62,502 nucleotides of DNA from Patescibacteria group bacterium (GTDB taxonomy: Bacteria > Patescibacteriota > Microgenomatia > UBA1400 > UBA1449), in assembly GCA_050942955.1 (NCBI GenBank), contig JBMNOG010000007.1, forward strand, positions 1-62,502, written 5' to 3'. The position numbers and the translations under genes are program-made. The notes beneath the pieces are model-generated. The model saw only the letters and a program-made list of their open reading frames with translations, did no database searches and was not told where the DNA came from. Each line of letters starts with the position of its first letter. Within the stretch, counting starts at the first letter, position 1. Positions 47,567-55,530 of this stretch are shown here, in pieces.

Positions 47567-47812
47567 TTACTTCTCGCTCTTCTGTGAGGCTTGAGCTTTT
47601 TTAGCTGCTTCTTGGGCAGCGAATTCCTTCACCATCCGAAGACACTTGGTACAAAGCAGCATCTTTATTCTTGTGCCATCAGGTTGAAGAATTCTGGCTG
47701 AATGAAGGTTTGGTTTAAATACTTTTGGTGATCGGTAGGTTAGTTCCTGACGGGCACGGGTAACTTTTCTACCCATCATTGCTCCCTTACCACAGTTTTG
47801 ACAGACTTTCAT
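47567..47812 (-). CDS. rpmB: 50S ribosomal protein L28
   Basis: C..CGKG...G, R..KVFKPNL, LCTKCLR. Confidence 0.88.
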   Translation of the reverse strand: MKVCQNCGKGAMMGRKVTRARQELTYRSPKVFKPNLHSARILQPDGTRIKMLLCTKCLRMVKEFAAQEAAKKAQASQKSEK

Positions 47813-47933
47813 ACGTTTTGAGATTACAATTAATTTTGGACTGTAATATCTTATCAGATAATCTTAAAATTGCAATCTGTAGACTTTTCCCAATTGCTCT
47901 ATTTGCTGGATTCGCCGCACCTTTTCCCTTATA

Positions 47934-48557
47934 ATGTCACTCATACAAGCTATGATTGATTTCTTATTCACTAATCCGGTTACATTTGTTATCTGGGCGG
48001 TTTCTCTCCTTATTGCCGTAACTATCCATGAATTTTCCCACGCGTTTGTTGCTGACAAACTGGGCGATCCGACCCCGAGAGTTTTAGGCAGGGTAACCTT
48101 AAACCCTCTAGCTCACCTGGATCCTTTGGGAACTATTGCTCTGCTTATTGCTCACATCGGCTGGGGCAAACCTGTACCTTTTGACCCCTACAATCTCCAA
48201 AACCCCAAGCGCGATTCTCTATTTATCGCCTTAGCCGGGCCGGCGAGTAACTTTATTCTAGCCGGAATTCTGGCTTTGTTTGTGCGCTTCCTCCCTGGTA
48301 TTTCATTTTTTATCATACCCTTGCTTATCATTAATATCGGTTTAGGGGTTTTTAACCTTATGCCCGTACCGCCTTTGGACGGGTCAAAAATCCTGGCAGG
48401 CATTCTTCCTAAAATGCAGGCTCTTGAGTGGGAGCAGTTTTCTACACGCTACAGTATGATTTTACTCTTGATTTTTGTGTTTCCTTTTAGCGGAAGGTCG
48501 CTGGCTTCAATGATTGTTTCTCCTATCATCAACACAATTCTTAATTTTCTCCTCTAG
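47934..48557 (+). CDS. site-2 protease family (M50) membrane protease
   Basis: HEFSHA, GDPTP...GR.TLNPLAHLDPLG, GWGKPVP, AGPASN, FNLMPVPPLDGSKI. Confidence 0.92.
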   Translation: MSLIQAMIDFLFTNPVTFVIWAVSLLIAVTIHEFSHAFVADKLGDPTPRVLGRVTLNPLAHLDPLGTIALLIAHIGWGKPVPFDPYNLQNPKRDSLFIALAGPASNFILAGILALFVRFLPGISFFIIPLLIINIGLGVFNLMPVPPLDGSKILAGILPKMQALEWEQFSTRYSMILLLIFVFPFSGRSLASMIVSPIINTILNFLL

Positions 48558-48613
48558 CTTCTGCTTCAAATTTAGCTCATGAATTATTCAGAAAAATACG
48601 TTACTATAAAAGC

Positions 48614-48794
48614 AATGCTCTTCTTGAAAGACGCTATGTGCGAGAAATTCTTCCTCCACAAAGCTCTTTGTACGGGAAGCGTAAGCTCTCTTAAAGAGAG
48701 TGTCAGTTAAAGACAATGTCTTTAATAGCAGCTACCCACCTGGAATTATCCGGGGGACAAAGACCTCGCACAAAATGTTGGAGAGAAGGGCAGT
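48614..48794 (+). ncRNA. ssrS: probable 6S RNA
   Basis: About 180 nt rod: TGCTCTTCT/AGAAGGGCA closing stem, TGTGCGAG/CTCGCACA, central bubble, GGGAAGC/GCTACCC inner stem followed by CCCACCTG as in 6S RNAs; TACTAT -10 at 48602-48607. Confidence 0.7.
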
Positions 48795-48909
48795 TTTTCT
48801 ATTTTGAGAAATTTGTCCTTGACGATAAAACCGACGTTTTGCCCAATTTCCAAATAAATACCCATTTTCACACATTTAGATATCTCATATTTTTTGGTAC
48901 AATATCTCA

Positions 48910-49040
48910 GTTAATCGGACAGTTTAACAGTCAGATTTACCAAGGTGGGCAGTGCATATTGTTAAACAGGCCGTCCTGAAAGCAAAGCGACCAGGATCAG
49001 TTCGGAGACAGTGGTACTAATAACGGAAGATTGGTTTAGA
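48910..49040 (+). ncRNA. candidate structured RNA upstream of tRNA-Thr
   Basis: Follows extended -10 TGGTACAAT; stems GGAC/GTCC, GTTTAACAGT/ATTGTTAAAC, TCCTG/CAGGA; no family recognised. Confidence 0.35.
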
Positions 49041-49053
49041 AGTGAATATATTT

Positions 49054-49127
49054 GCCGAGGTAGCTCAGTTGGTTAGAGCGCCTGTTTTGTAAACAGGAGG
49101 TGGCGGGTTCGAGTCCCGCCCTCGGCT
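49054..49127 (+). tRNA. tRNA-Thr(TGT)
   Basis: GCCGAGG/CCTCGGC acceptor stem, CCTGT-TTTGTAA-ACAGG anticodon arm, GGTTCGAGTCC T-arm. Confidence 0.96.
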
Positions 49128-49197
49128 CACAACGCGCTTATATATCCTGTTTCGGTTAAAACACCTGCAGGTTACTGATATAATAAGGCGTGTATTT

Positions 49198-49281
49198 GCT
49201 GGGGTGGTGGAGCGGTCAATCACAGCAGTCTGTAAAACTGTTGCCATAACGGCTACGAAGGTTCGAATCCTTCCCCCAGCA
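49198..49281 (+). tRNA. tRNA-Tyr(GTA)
   Basis: GCTGGGG/CCCCAGC acceptor stem, CTGTAAA loop, long variable arm, GGTTCGAATCC. Confidence 0.95.
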
Positions 49282-49286
49282 CAAAC

Positions 49287-49311
49287 AATCCTGCTTTTTG
49301 CGGGGTTTTTT
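49287..49311 (+). terminator. intrinsic terminator after tRNA-Tyr
   Basis: AATCCTGC-TTTTT-GCGGGGTT followed by a T-tract. Confidence 0.7.
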
Positions 49312-49457
49312 GTGCTAAGAGATAAGAACCTGGGTGAGAATCTAAAGACATGACCGAACAAAGTGAGCTTAGCCGGATCCCTTTAGGGACTTTCCCAGCA
49401 CACGGAAAGAATACGTACCTCCAATCTTTTACATATCTTCTGTTACAATAACCCTCT

Positions 49458-50291
49458 ATGGAGCGAAGTGAACAAAAACCCTATCTCCCAGAGCACGAAC
49501 AAGTACCGGAAACCCTTTCTAAAACAGATATTATTGCAGCCTTTGACCTTGATGGGACAATTCTAAAAGGACCTTATTCTATAGGACACGTGGTTTCTGA
49601 AGTTACTTCCACCCAACAGCACGGAATAATTTTTGATCCGGCAGCAGTAGACAGTTTTCCCGAGCATCAACTTACAGCACTTGAAAAGACAAGTAATGCT
49701 GTTGCCAGAATACTTCATCGAGGAAGAAAGCCCTACCCTGGAATTCACCGAGTACTTGAGACTATAGGAATGATCTCTCAGCAATACGGACTTACTACTA
49801 AAATTGCAGTTATTTCAGGCAGAAGTGAAGAACTATTGGGAAATCTTTCCCGGAGAGAGCTTGATAGACATAACTTAACCAAGTTTCTTAAAAACGGAAA
49901 TGAGGAACCGAATATTTTCCTTAAACCTGATGGAATAAGTTCATGGAAATGGAAGTGCTTCAAGCTTTGGGAGCTTACGCATCCGGAAAACGGCTCGTTT
50001 AAGCAGGCAATTTTTTATGAGAATGATCCTGTCACGGCCAAAAAAATTGCCGAGGTTACCCTTGAGCTACAGATGCCTGTTACAGTAGTATTACACAAGC
50101 GCCTGGAGACAAGCCCTTTGGTACTGCAAGCACTGGGAATGCAGTGTGATCCACGAACAGGGAGTTGTTTCAGTTTAAAACCTGATCCGAAGACAGGCAA
50201 ATACCAGGAGTTACCAATTTTTCTGGCATCAGTCAGTGAATTCGCCGAGCAGTTTGAAGCTTTCTCCCTAGGAAGACCGGTTAATAGTTAG
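49458..50291 (+). CDS. HAD-superfamily-like hypothetical protein
   Basis: Motif I IAAFDLDGTIL, motif II ISGR, K, FYEND; TGTTACAAT 8 nt before the ATG. Confidence 0.6.
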   Translation: MERSEQKPYLPEHEQVPETLSKTDIIAAFDLDGTILKGPYSIGHVVSEVTSTQQHGIIFDPAAVDSFPEHQLTALEKTSNAVARILHRGRKPYPGIHRVLETIGMISQQYGLTTKIAVISGRSEELLGNLSRRELDRHNLTKFLKNGNEEPNIFLKPDGISSWKWKCFKLWELTHPENGSFKQAIFYENDPVTAKKIAEVTLELQMPVTVVLHKRLETSPLVLQALGMQCDPRTGSCFSLKPDPKTGKYQELPIFLASVSEFAEQFEAFSLGRPVNS

Positions 50292-50367
50292 CAGATATCC
50301 TTCCCGCTAAATAATATAACCTTGTCTTGCCCCCTTAAACTGGTAAAATATTCTGGTTATACCAACT

Positions 50368-50440
50368 GCCCGGATAGCTCAGTTGGCAGAGCGCAGTCTT
50401 GGTAAGACTGAGGTCTCGGGTTCGATTCCCGATCCGGGCT
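50368..50440 (+). tRNA. tRNA-Thr(GGT)
   Basis: GCCCGGA/TCCGGGC acceptor stem, CAGTC-TTGGTAA-GACTG, GGTTCGATTCC. Confidence 0.96.
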
Positions 50441-50540
50441 CACATATTTATAAAAATTTTTCCAAACTTCAATCAAACACCCCTAACAATCGCTCCTTTC
50501 TCCTTGCCTCAATTCCGTTGTTTTCGCTACAATAAACATA

Positions 50541-51878
50541 ATGCCCACAACGTACAATCCTCTTACCGATCCTCATAACCTGATTATTTTTACTACCGCA
50601 CCGGCCGGCCTCGGGCATCTGCGGGTTACTCAGGCATTAAGGGACGGTTTGCCGAAAGGGCTTCACAATTTTACTCTGGGAGCTACAGATAAAACCTTAA
50701 ACTATTTGCATCGTCTCGGGAGTATTAACCCGTTTTTGCGAAGAGTTCAGTACCTGGTTCAGTACCAACCATTTTTTGAACAGGTTTTTACTAACAACTA
50801 CCGAGATTACCTGCGAACTAATTCCGAAGATATCTCATACCAGCTGAAAACCCTTTTATCCTCACACCACCCCAGAATTCGCAAAGCTGTCATTGTGGCT
50901 ACTCATTTCAGTCTCGCCCACCAGATTGCTGCCGTTAAAACAAAGATTGCCGAAGAGACTGGCGTAAGCCTTAAACTGTGCGTGATTGTCACTGATGACA
51001 CGTTCCAGAAAATTTGGGCGGTGGACGGAGCTGATCTTCTTTTAGTTCCCAGTGTCAAAATAAAAACAAAATACTCCAAGTACTTTACCAAGCATAAGCT
51101 ACCCAAACCCAAAATCCTTGTAAACCCCTACCCTGTTTCACCCAACTTAGCTGTCAAAGATGGTGATTTTCTAAAAAGACGGAAAATGCAATTAGATAAC
51201 CAGAACCCTGCACCAACTCATGTCCTCGTTCCTGTAAGTGGTGCTGCCGTACAACTTGAGTACTTGCAAACTGTTATTGAAAATCTTTCCAGTGAAAACA
51301 CAAAACCCTATAAAGTTACAGTAGTTGCCAAAAAAGCACCGTTTACCCAGTCTTTCCTTAATGTAGTGCAGTTTTACCCGCAAGTTGAGACAAAAATAGG
51401 CAGCACCAGCGACGAAACGGTTGCCGCTTATGAAAAAGCTTTTGAAGTAGATGATATTCCCAGTCTTGAGATCACTAAACCTTCCGAGCAGGCGTTTAAG
51501 GCTCTGCTGACCCCATCACAGCGCGGCGGGGTTATTTTCCTTTTCTCTGAACCCGTCGGCCGCCAGGAAGTAGATAACATTAAGTTTTTAAAACGACACT
51601 TGCTCCTACCCAACCGTATTGATCAGAATTACCTCAACAATCTCCTAGTGAGCCACAATCCAAAAGTTGAGGAACACTTTTTAAGGAAAGTTAAAAAATG
51701 GCGGGGTCTAGTTTTACCTGCAAACCCCCATATGGCTGTTAAATTTATTAAAATCTGCCGGAAAGAGGGTATTTTCCAGATGATGCTTCAGTACAAGAGA
51801 AAGCGCTCTTCAGAAGTAGCTGACACTGGTGTCATTCAGTTCTGGAAGTTGGTTAAAGAAGAGCTGACAAAGGCTTAG
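50541..51878 (+). CDS. GT-B glycosyltransferase-like protein (MGDG synthase/UgtP-like)
   Basis: PAGLGHLR, IVATHF, VIVTD, ITKPSE, PVGRQEVDN. Confidence 0.55.
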   Translation: MPTTYNPLTDPHNLIIFTTAPAGLGHLRVTQALRDGLPKGLHNFTLGATDKTLNYLHRLGSINPFLRRVQYLVQYQPFFEQVFTNNYRDYLRTNSEDISYQLKTLLSSHHPRIRKAVIVATHFSLAHQIAAVKTKIAEETGVSLKLCVIVTDDTFQKIWAVDGADLLLVPSVKIKTKYSKYFTKHKLPKPKILVNPYPVSPNLAVKDGDFLKRRKMQLDNQNPAPTHVLVPVSGAAVQLEYLQTVIENLSSENTKPYKVTVVAKKAPFTQSFLNVVQFYPQVETKIGSTSDETVAAYEKAFEVDDIPSLEITKPSEQAFKALLTPSQRGGVIFLFSEPVGRQEVDNIKFLKRHLLLPNRIDQNYLNNLLVSHNPKVEEHFLRKVKKWRGLVLPANPHMAVKFIKICRKEGIFQMMLQYKRKRSSEVADTGVIQFWKLVKEELTKA

Positions 51879-51950
51879 TATCTCCATAGACTTATTGTTA
51901 ATTTATTGGTACAATTACCCCTATTGTTTAAGTTACTAACAAAAAAACAT

Positions 51951-52127
51951 ATGGCAAAAGCTAAAGGTTCACGGATCATGGTCGGGTTAGTCTGCACCAA
52001 GTGCAAACGCCGCAACTATGTCACCGAGAGAAACAAAATTAACACCGAAGAAAAACTCAAGCTTTTGAAGTTCTGCCGACAGTGTAAAACCAGAACTGAA
52101 CACAAAGAAGTAGCTAAGCTTAAGTAA
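51951..52127 (+). CDS. rpmG: 50S ribosomal protein L33 (zinc-binding type)
   Basis: L.CTKCKRRNY.T.RNK.N..EKL.L.KFC..C...T.HKE; ATG at 51951. Confidence 0.95.
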   Translation: MAKAKGSRIMVGLVCTKCKRRNYVTERNKINTEEKLKLLKFCRQCKTRTEHKEVAKLK

Positions 52128-52155
52128 GCTATTGAATTGAACTTATTGTTATCTT

Positions 52156-52188
52156 AAAATCCCGCACTGTTTGGTGATGGGATTTTTT
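52156..52188 (+). terminator. intrinsic terminator after rpmG
   Basis: AAAATCCC...GGGATTTTTT hairpin. Confidence 0.75.
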
Positions 52189-52199
52189 GCAATAAAAAT

Positions 52200-52346
52200 A
52201 TGAAAAATAAAGCTAAATTTCAACTGTCAAAAAACTGGAAAAGCTCTTTTCCACAGCAGCATAAGTTTGGCAAGCAGTTTGGCATGCAAGGAAAAGTCGC
52301 TGCTATGCACAATACTCAAAGAGCTTCAGGCAGAAGAGGCAACTAA
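52200..52346 (+). CDS. small basic protein (48 aa), not in the ORF track
   Basis: MKNKAKFQLSKNWKSSFPQQHKFGKQFGMQGKVAAMHNTQRASGRRGN-stop; fills the intergenic gap and its stop overlaps the MFS stop. Confidence 0.5.
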   Translation: MKNKAKFQLSKNWKSSFPQQHKFGKQFGMQGKVAAMHNTQRASGRRGN

Positions 52347-53572
52347 CGTAGCACTCCATCTAAAAACGAGCGTTTGCGAGGACCCCAAAGCCAATAAGCA
52401 GCAAAGGTAATAAGGTAAAAGAGTCCAAAAATCCCATAGGCCACTCCAAATCCTATTTTACTCGCCAATACTCCGGCAAGCATTGTTCCGGCTACAAACC
52501 CGATATTGTAAAAAATGCCGCTTTCCCCAACAATTTCACTTTCACGGCTATGGTGCTTTTCAATATACTTGCTTTCTTCCGAAAGTAGTGCCGGCGCCAG
52601 AGTACTTAATCCAACCCCGTGAAGAAAGGCAAGTATAACTGCTGAAACAGGCTCTCTGGAAAAACCAAAAAAAAGCAGTGAAACTGCGGATAGGAGCATG
52701 CCTATGAGGATATACTTCTTCTCTCCTTCTCTATCAGCCAGATGCCCAAAATAACCGGAAAACAAGACTGTGGGCAAGAAGAAACTTGCAAAAATCAATC
52801 CTCCAAAAACTTGCAAACTGTCATGATTCCTAGTGAAAATTGGTGTAAAACTGGTAATCGTTCCTTCTGCCATCCCAACAGCCAGAAAAACCAGAAAGAC
52901 TGGAAACACCTTCTTGCATATTGTCCTCCAAACTTTCAATTCTGCTAAAGCATGCATTCGCCGTCTGACTACCGAAACAGGATTGGGTAGATTTTTCAAA
53001 CGCTGGTTCATAGCCAGATAAATCAGCATACTACCGACAAAGAAAATACCAGTTGAAACGGTCAGTTGGTGACTAATAAAGAATAAAGAGCTGGCAAGAA
53101 TTGGAGCAATAACACTCCCAAAAGAAAAGGAGTTATTAAGCATTCCAAAGTGAAGCGCGTGGTCTGCTTTTTCAGGAATAGCTTCAATGAAATCAAACCG
53201 GGCAAAATTGTAAAGTTCGGAGTAAATTCCCCAGAGACATGCAGCTAAAATGAGCATTTCCCCTCTCTGTGGAAATAGCATACTAATAAACACTAGAAAA
53301 GCGAAAAAGCCGGTTAATCTGATAGCAGTCAAGTAATGAGGTGGCCGGCGCATACTTCCTACTATTACATCAGTAACAATATTAAACAGTGAAGAAGAGG
53401 CCAAGATAATCCCCACAATCGTAAATGAGATAAAACGTTCTTCTAAGATGAGCGGTAAAATATAGGCAGTTATCCCGTTTATCAGAGCATACAACAAGGT
53501 AATGACGGCAAACCGATACACAGGTTTTTTGTTAAAACCAAATCGTTTCCAGTGTCTGTAGAAGTGGAACAT
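52343..53572 (-). CDS. MFS transporter
   Basis: About 12 hydrophobic segments, GHLADREGEKK loop motif; TATAGT 7 nt before the ATG. Confidence 0.9.
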   Translation of the reverse strand: MFHFYRHWKRFGFNKKPVYRFAVITLLYALINGITAYILPLILEERFISFTIVGIILASSSLFNIVTDVIVGSMRRPPHYLTAIRLTGFFAFLVFISMLFPQRGEMLILAACLWGIYSELYNFARFDFIEAIPEKADHALHFGMLNNSFSFGSVIAPILASSLFFISHQLTVSTGIFFVGSMLIYLAMNQRLKNLPNPVSVVRRRMHALAELKVWRTICKKVFPVFLVFLAVGMAEGTITSFTPIFTRNHDSLQVFGGLIFASFFLPTVLFSGYFGHLADREGEKKYILIGMLLSAVSLLFFGFSREPVSAVILAFLHGVGLSTLAPALLSEESKYIEKHHSRESEIVGESGIFYNIGFVAGTMLAGVLASKIGFGVAYGIFGLFYLITFAAYWLWGPRKRSFLDGVLR

Positions 53573-53730
53573 ACTTTTTACTATAAAGAAAAAGTGAAGA
53601 GTAAGTAAGTAGCTGCTGCAAAGACTCTACCGCGCCTTGCCTTATACCCAAAATCCAGTAAAATATAATAGTCAATTAGGAACGCTTCATTAGCATTGGT
53701 AATTGAGAATTGTTAATTGAACATTGATTA

Positions 53731-53804
53731 GGGCCGGTAGCTCAGTTGGCTAGAGCGCTTGTATGGCATACAAGAGGTCAGGGGTTCAACTCCCCTTCGG
53801 TCCA
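53731..53804 (+). tRNA. tRNA-Ala(GGC)
   Basis: GGGCCGG/TCGGTCC acceptor stem with G3:U70, CTTGT-ATGGCAT-ACAAG, GGTTCAACTCC. Confidence 0.95.
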
Positions 53805-53921
53805 CAAGTAACTTCTCCTACTAACCTCATTTCCTTAATCTGGCTAGTTCAATATAGCTCTGTCTTGTTTTACTAATAATCGTTATAATTTTATACTTAA
53901 TAAATAGGTTACATAACCATT

Positions 53922-54582
53922 ATGGCTTATTCTGTAACAACAAAAGTAAAAGCTGCTACTTTAAGAAAAAAGGGGTTTTCTCTTGGTGATATATCTAGAA
54001 ATTTAAAAGTCTCAAAAGCAACACTATCTCTTTGGTTAAGAGAGCTTAATCTAGATAGAAAAGCAAAGAAAAGATTGATAATCAAAATTCAAACAGCACA
54101 AAAGAGAGGCAGAAATACAATAAAAGAAAAAGAGAAGGTTTGCTCATCAAACTTAAACAAAGAGCACACAAAGATCTTGAAAAGATTAGGTTTAGTAAGG
54201 AATTAAACAAGCTTCTTTGTGCAATGTTATTCTGGACAGAGGGAAATAAGAGTACTACAAATGTTTCTTTTATAAACTCTGATCCAAAATGGTACGGAGT
54301 TTTATGTTTTTGCTAAGAAACACGTTTATGCTAGACGAAGATAAGTTTAGAGGATTAGTTCATATGCACGAGTACCATAATGAGAAGGAAATAACAGAGT
54401 ATTGGTCAAGAGTTTCAGGGATTCCAACTAAGCAGTTCACCAAACCTTATAAAAAGCCTCATACTGGGAACAGGATTAAAAAGGATTATATGGGTAGCTT
54501 TCGTATTAGGTATTATGATGCTAAAATAGCCAAAGAATTAACTCAAGTGTACTTGCAGTTTGCAGATTTCTTGACAAAGTAA
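53922..54582 (+). pseudogene. HTH + LAGLIDADG-like protein, two frameshifts
   Basis: N-terminal HTH (LRKKGFSLGDISRNLKVSKATLSLW); middle frame LLCAMLFWTEGNKS...FINSDP; C-terminal EYWSRVSGIP..QF.KPY; adding one A at 54122-54125 and one at 54286-54289 restores a single ORF. Confidence 0.75.
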
Positions 54583-54586
54583 GCTT

Positions 54587-54658
54587 AGGGCCGTGATGTC
54601 AATGGTAGCATAGCCGTCTCCAAAACGGCTCGTGGGGGTTCGAATCCCTCCGGCCCTG
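54587..54658 (+). tRNA. tRNA-Trp(CCA)
   Basis: AGGGCCG/CGGCCCT acceptor stem, GCCGT-CTCCAAA-ACGGC, GGTTCGAATCC. Confidence 0.95.
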
Positions 54659-54688
54659 CAAACACTCTAGTTCAACTCTTAACCAACT

Positions 54689-55402
54689 CTACTTTTCAGT
54701 GTAAGCCAGAAGTTCAGATACTGTTACGAATCGATACCCCTTTGTCTGCAATCCATCAACTATCTTGCTAATTGCTTCTTTTTGGCTACTGCAGGATTCA
54801 CAAAATGGATGAAGTAATATGATAGAACCTGGCTTTGTATTTTCTACTGTGTAATCAATAAGAAAATCTGCATTAGATCCATATGTATCAGGTTCTACAT
54901 CCCAAGTAACTGTCTTAATATTATGTTGCTTCAAATACCAAGGCAGTCCAATAAGTTTTTTCCCGTATGGTGGACGAAAATGAATGTCTCCTTGGTAGCC
55001 TGCTTCTTGTATTAATTTATTGGTGCTTTCTATCTCATTTAATATATAAGATGGAGATTTAAACCACATCCGCTCATGTGAATATGAATGATTACCCAAC
55101 TCATGACCAGCAGATGCGATAGCTTCACCGATTTGAGGTTTCTTTTCCAATTCACTACCTATTACAAAAAATGTAGCTTTGACATTTTTTTCTTGGAGAA
55201 TTTTTAATACATCTTGCGTATATTCGGTGGGGCCATCATCAAATGTTAAAGCCACAACCTTTTCGTTTGTTTCCACCCGCGGCACAATTTCACCAAAAAA
55301 CTGAAATGTTCGTGATCTGCTGACTTGAAATAGACTGTACCCAGCAATCAAGAATACAAGAATAAGTGTAAATGGTGCGATTATCACTTTTTTTCTGTTC
55401 AC
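54689..55402 (-). CDS. polysaccharide (peptidoglycan) deacetylase, NodB family
   Basis: ALTFDDGP, HELGNHSYSH, FRPPYG, W.V, GSIILLH. Confidence 0.93.
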   Translation of the reverse strand: MNRKKVIIAPFTLILVFLIAGYSLFQVSRSRTFQFFGEIVPRVETNEKVVALTFDDGPTEYTQDVLKILQEKNVKATFFVIGSELEKKPQIGEAIASAGHELGNHSYSHERMWFKSPSYILNEIESTNKLIQEAGYQGDIHFRPPYGKKLIGLPWYLKQHNIKTVTWDVEPDTYGSNADFLIDYTVENTKPGSIILLHPFCESCSSQKEAISKIVDGLQTKGYRFVTVSELLAYTEK

Positions 55403-55530
55403 TTTTTCATTATATCAATAGGTAACACCAATCAAACCATTTAATAATGCTTGCTATTTTTGGATTTCAGCAGTGGTTGTTTAGCCAAAATTGTTCGAAT
55501 TTTGGATGCTAATGCCTACAAACGAAGTTC

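Noticed and set aside
48716-48979. 87-aa plus-strand ORF
   Set aside because: Overlaps the probable 6S RNA and the tRNA promoter region; no protein motif
49005-49030. AGTGGTAC resembling a T-box antiterminator
   Set aside because: No specifier stem motifs and no downstream terminator, and the next gene is a tRNA
49065-49361. 98-aa ORF
   Set aside because: Antisense to tRNA-Thr and tRNA-Tyr; artefact of tRNA sequence
49390-49405. CCCAGCACA repeat of the tRNA-Tyr 3' end (possible attR)
   Set aside because: Only 9 nt, just 110 bp from the tRNA, with no integrase or cargo between; compatible with chance
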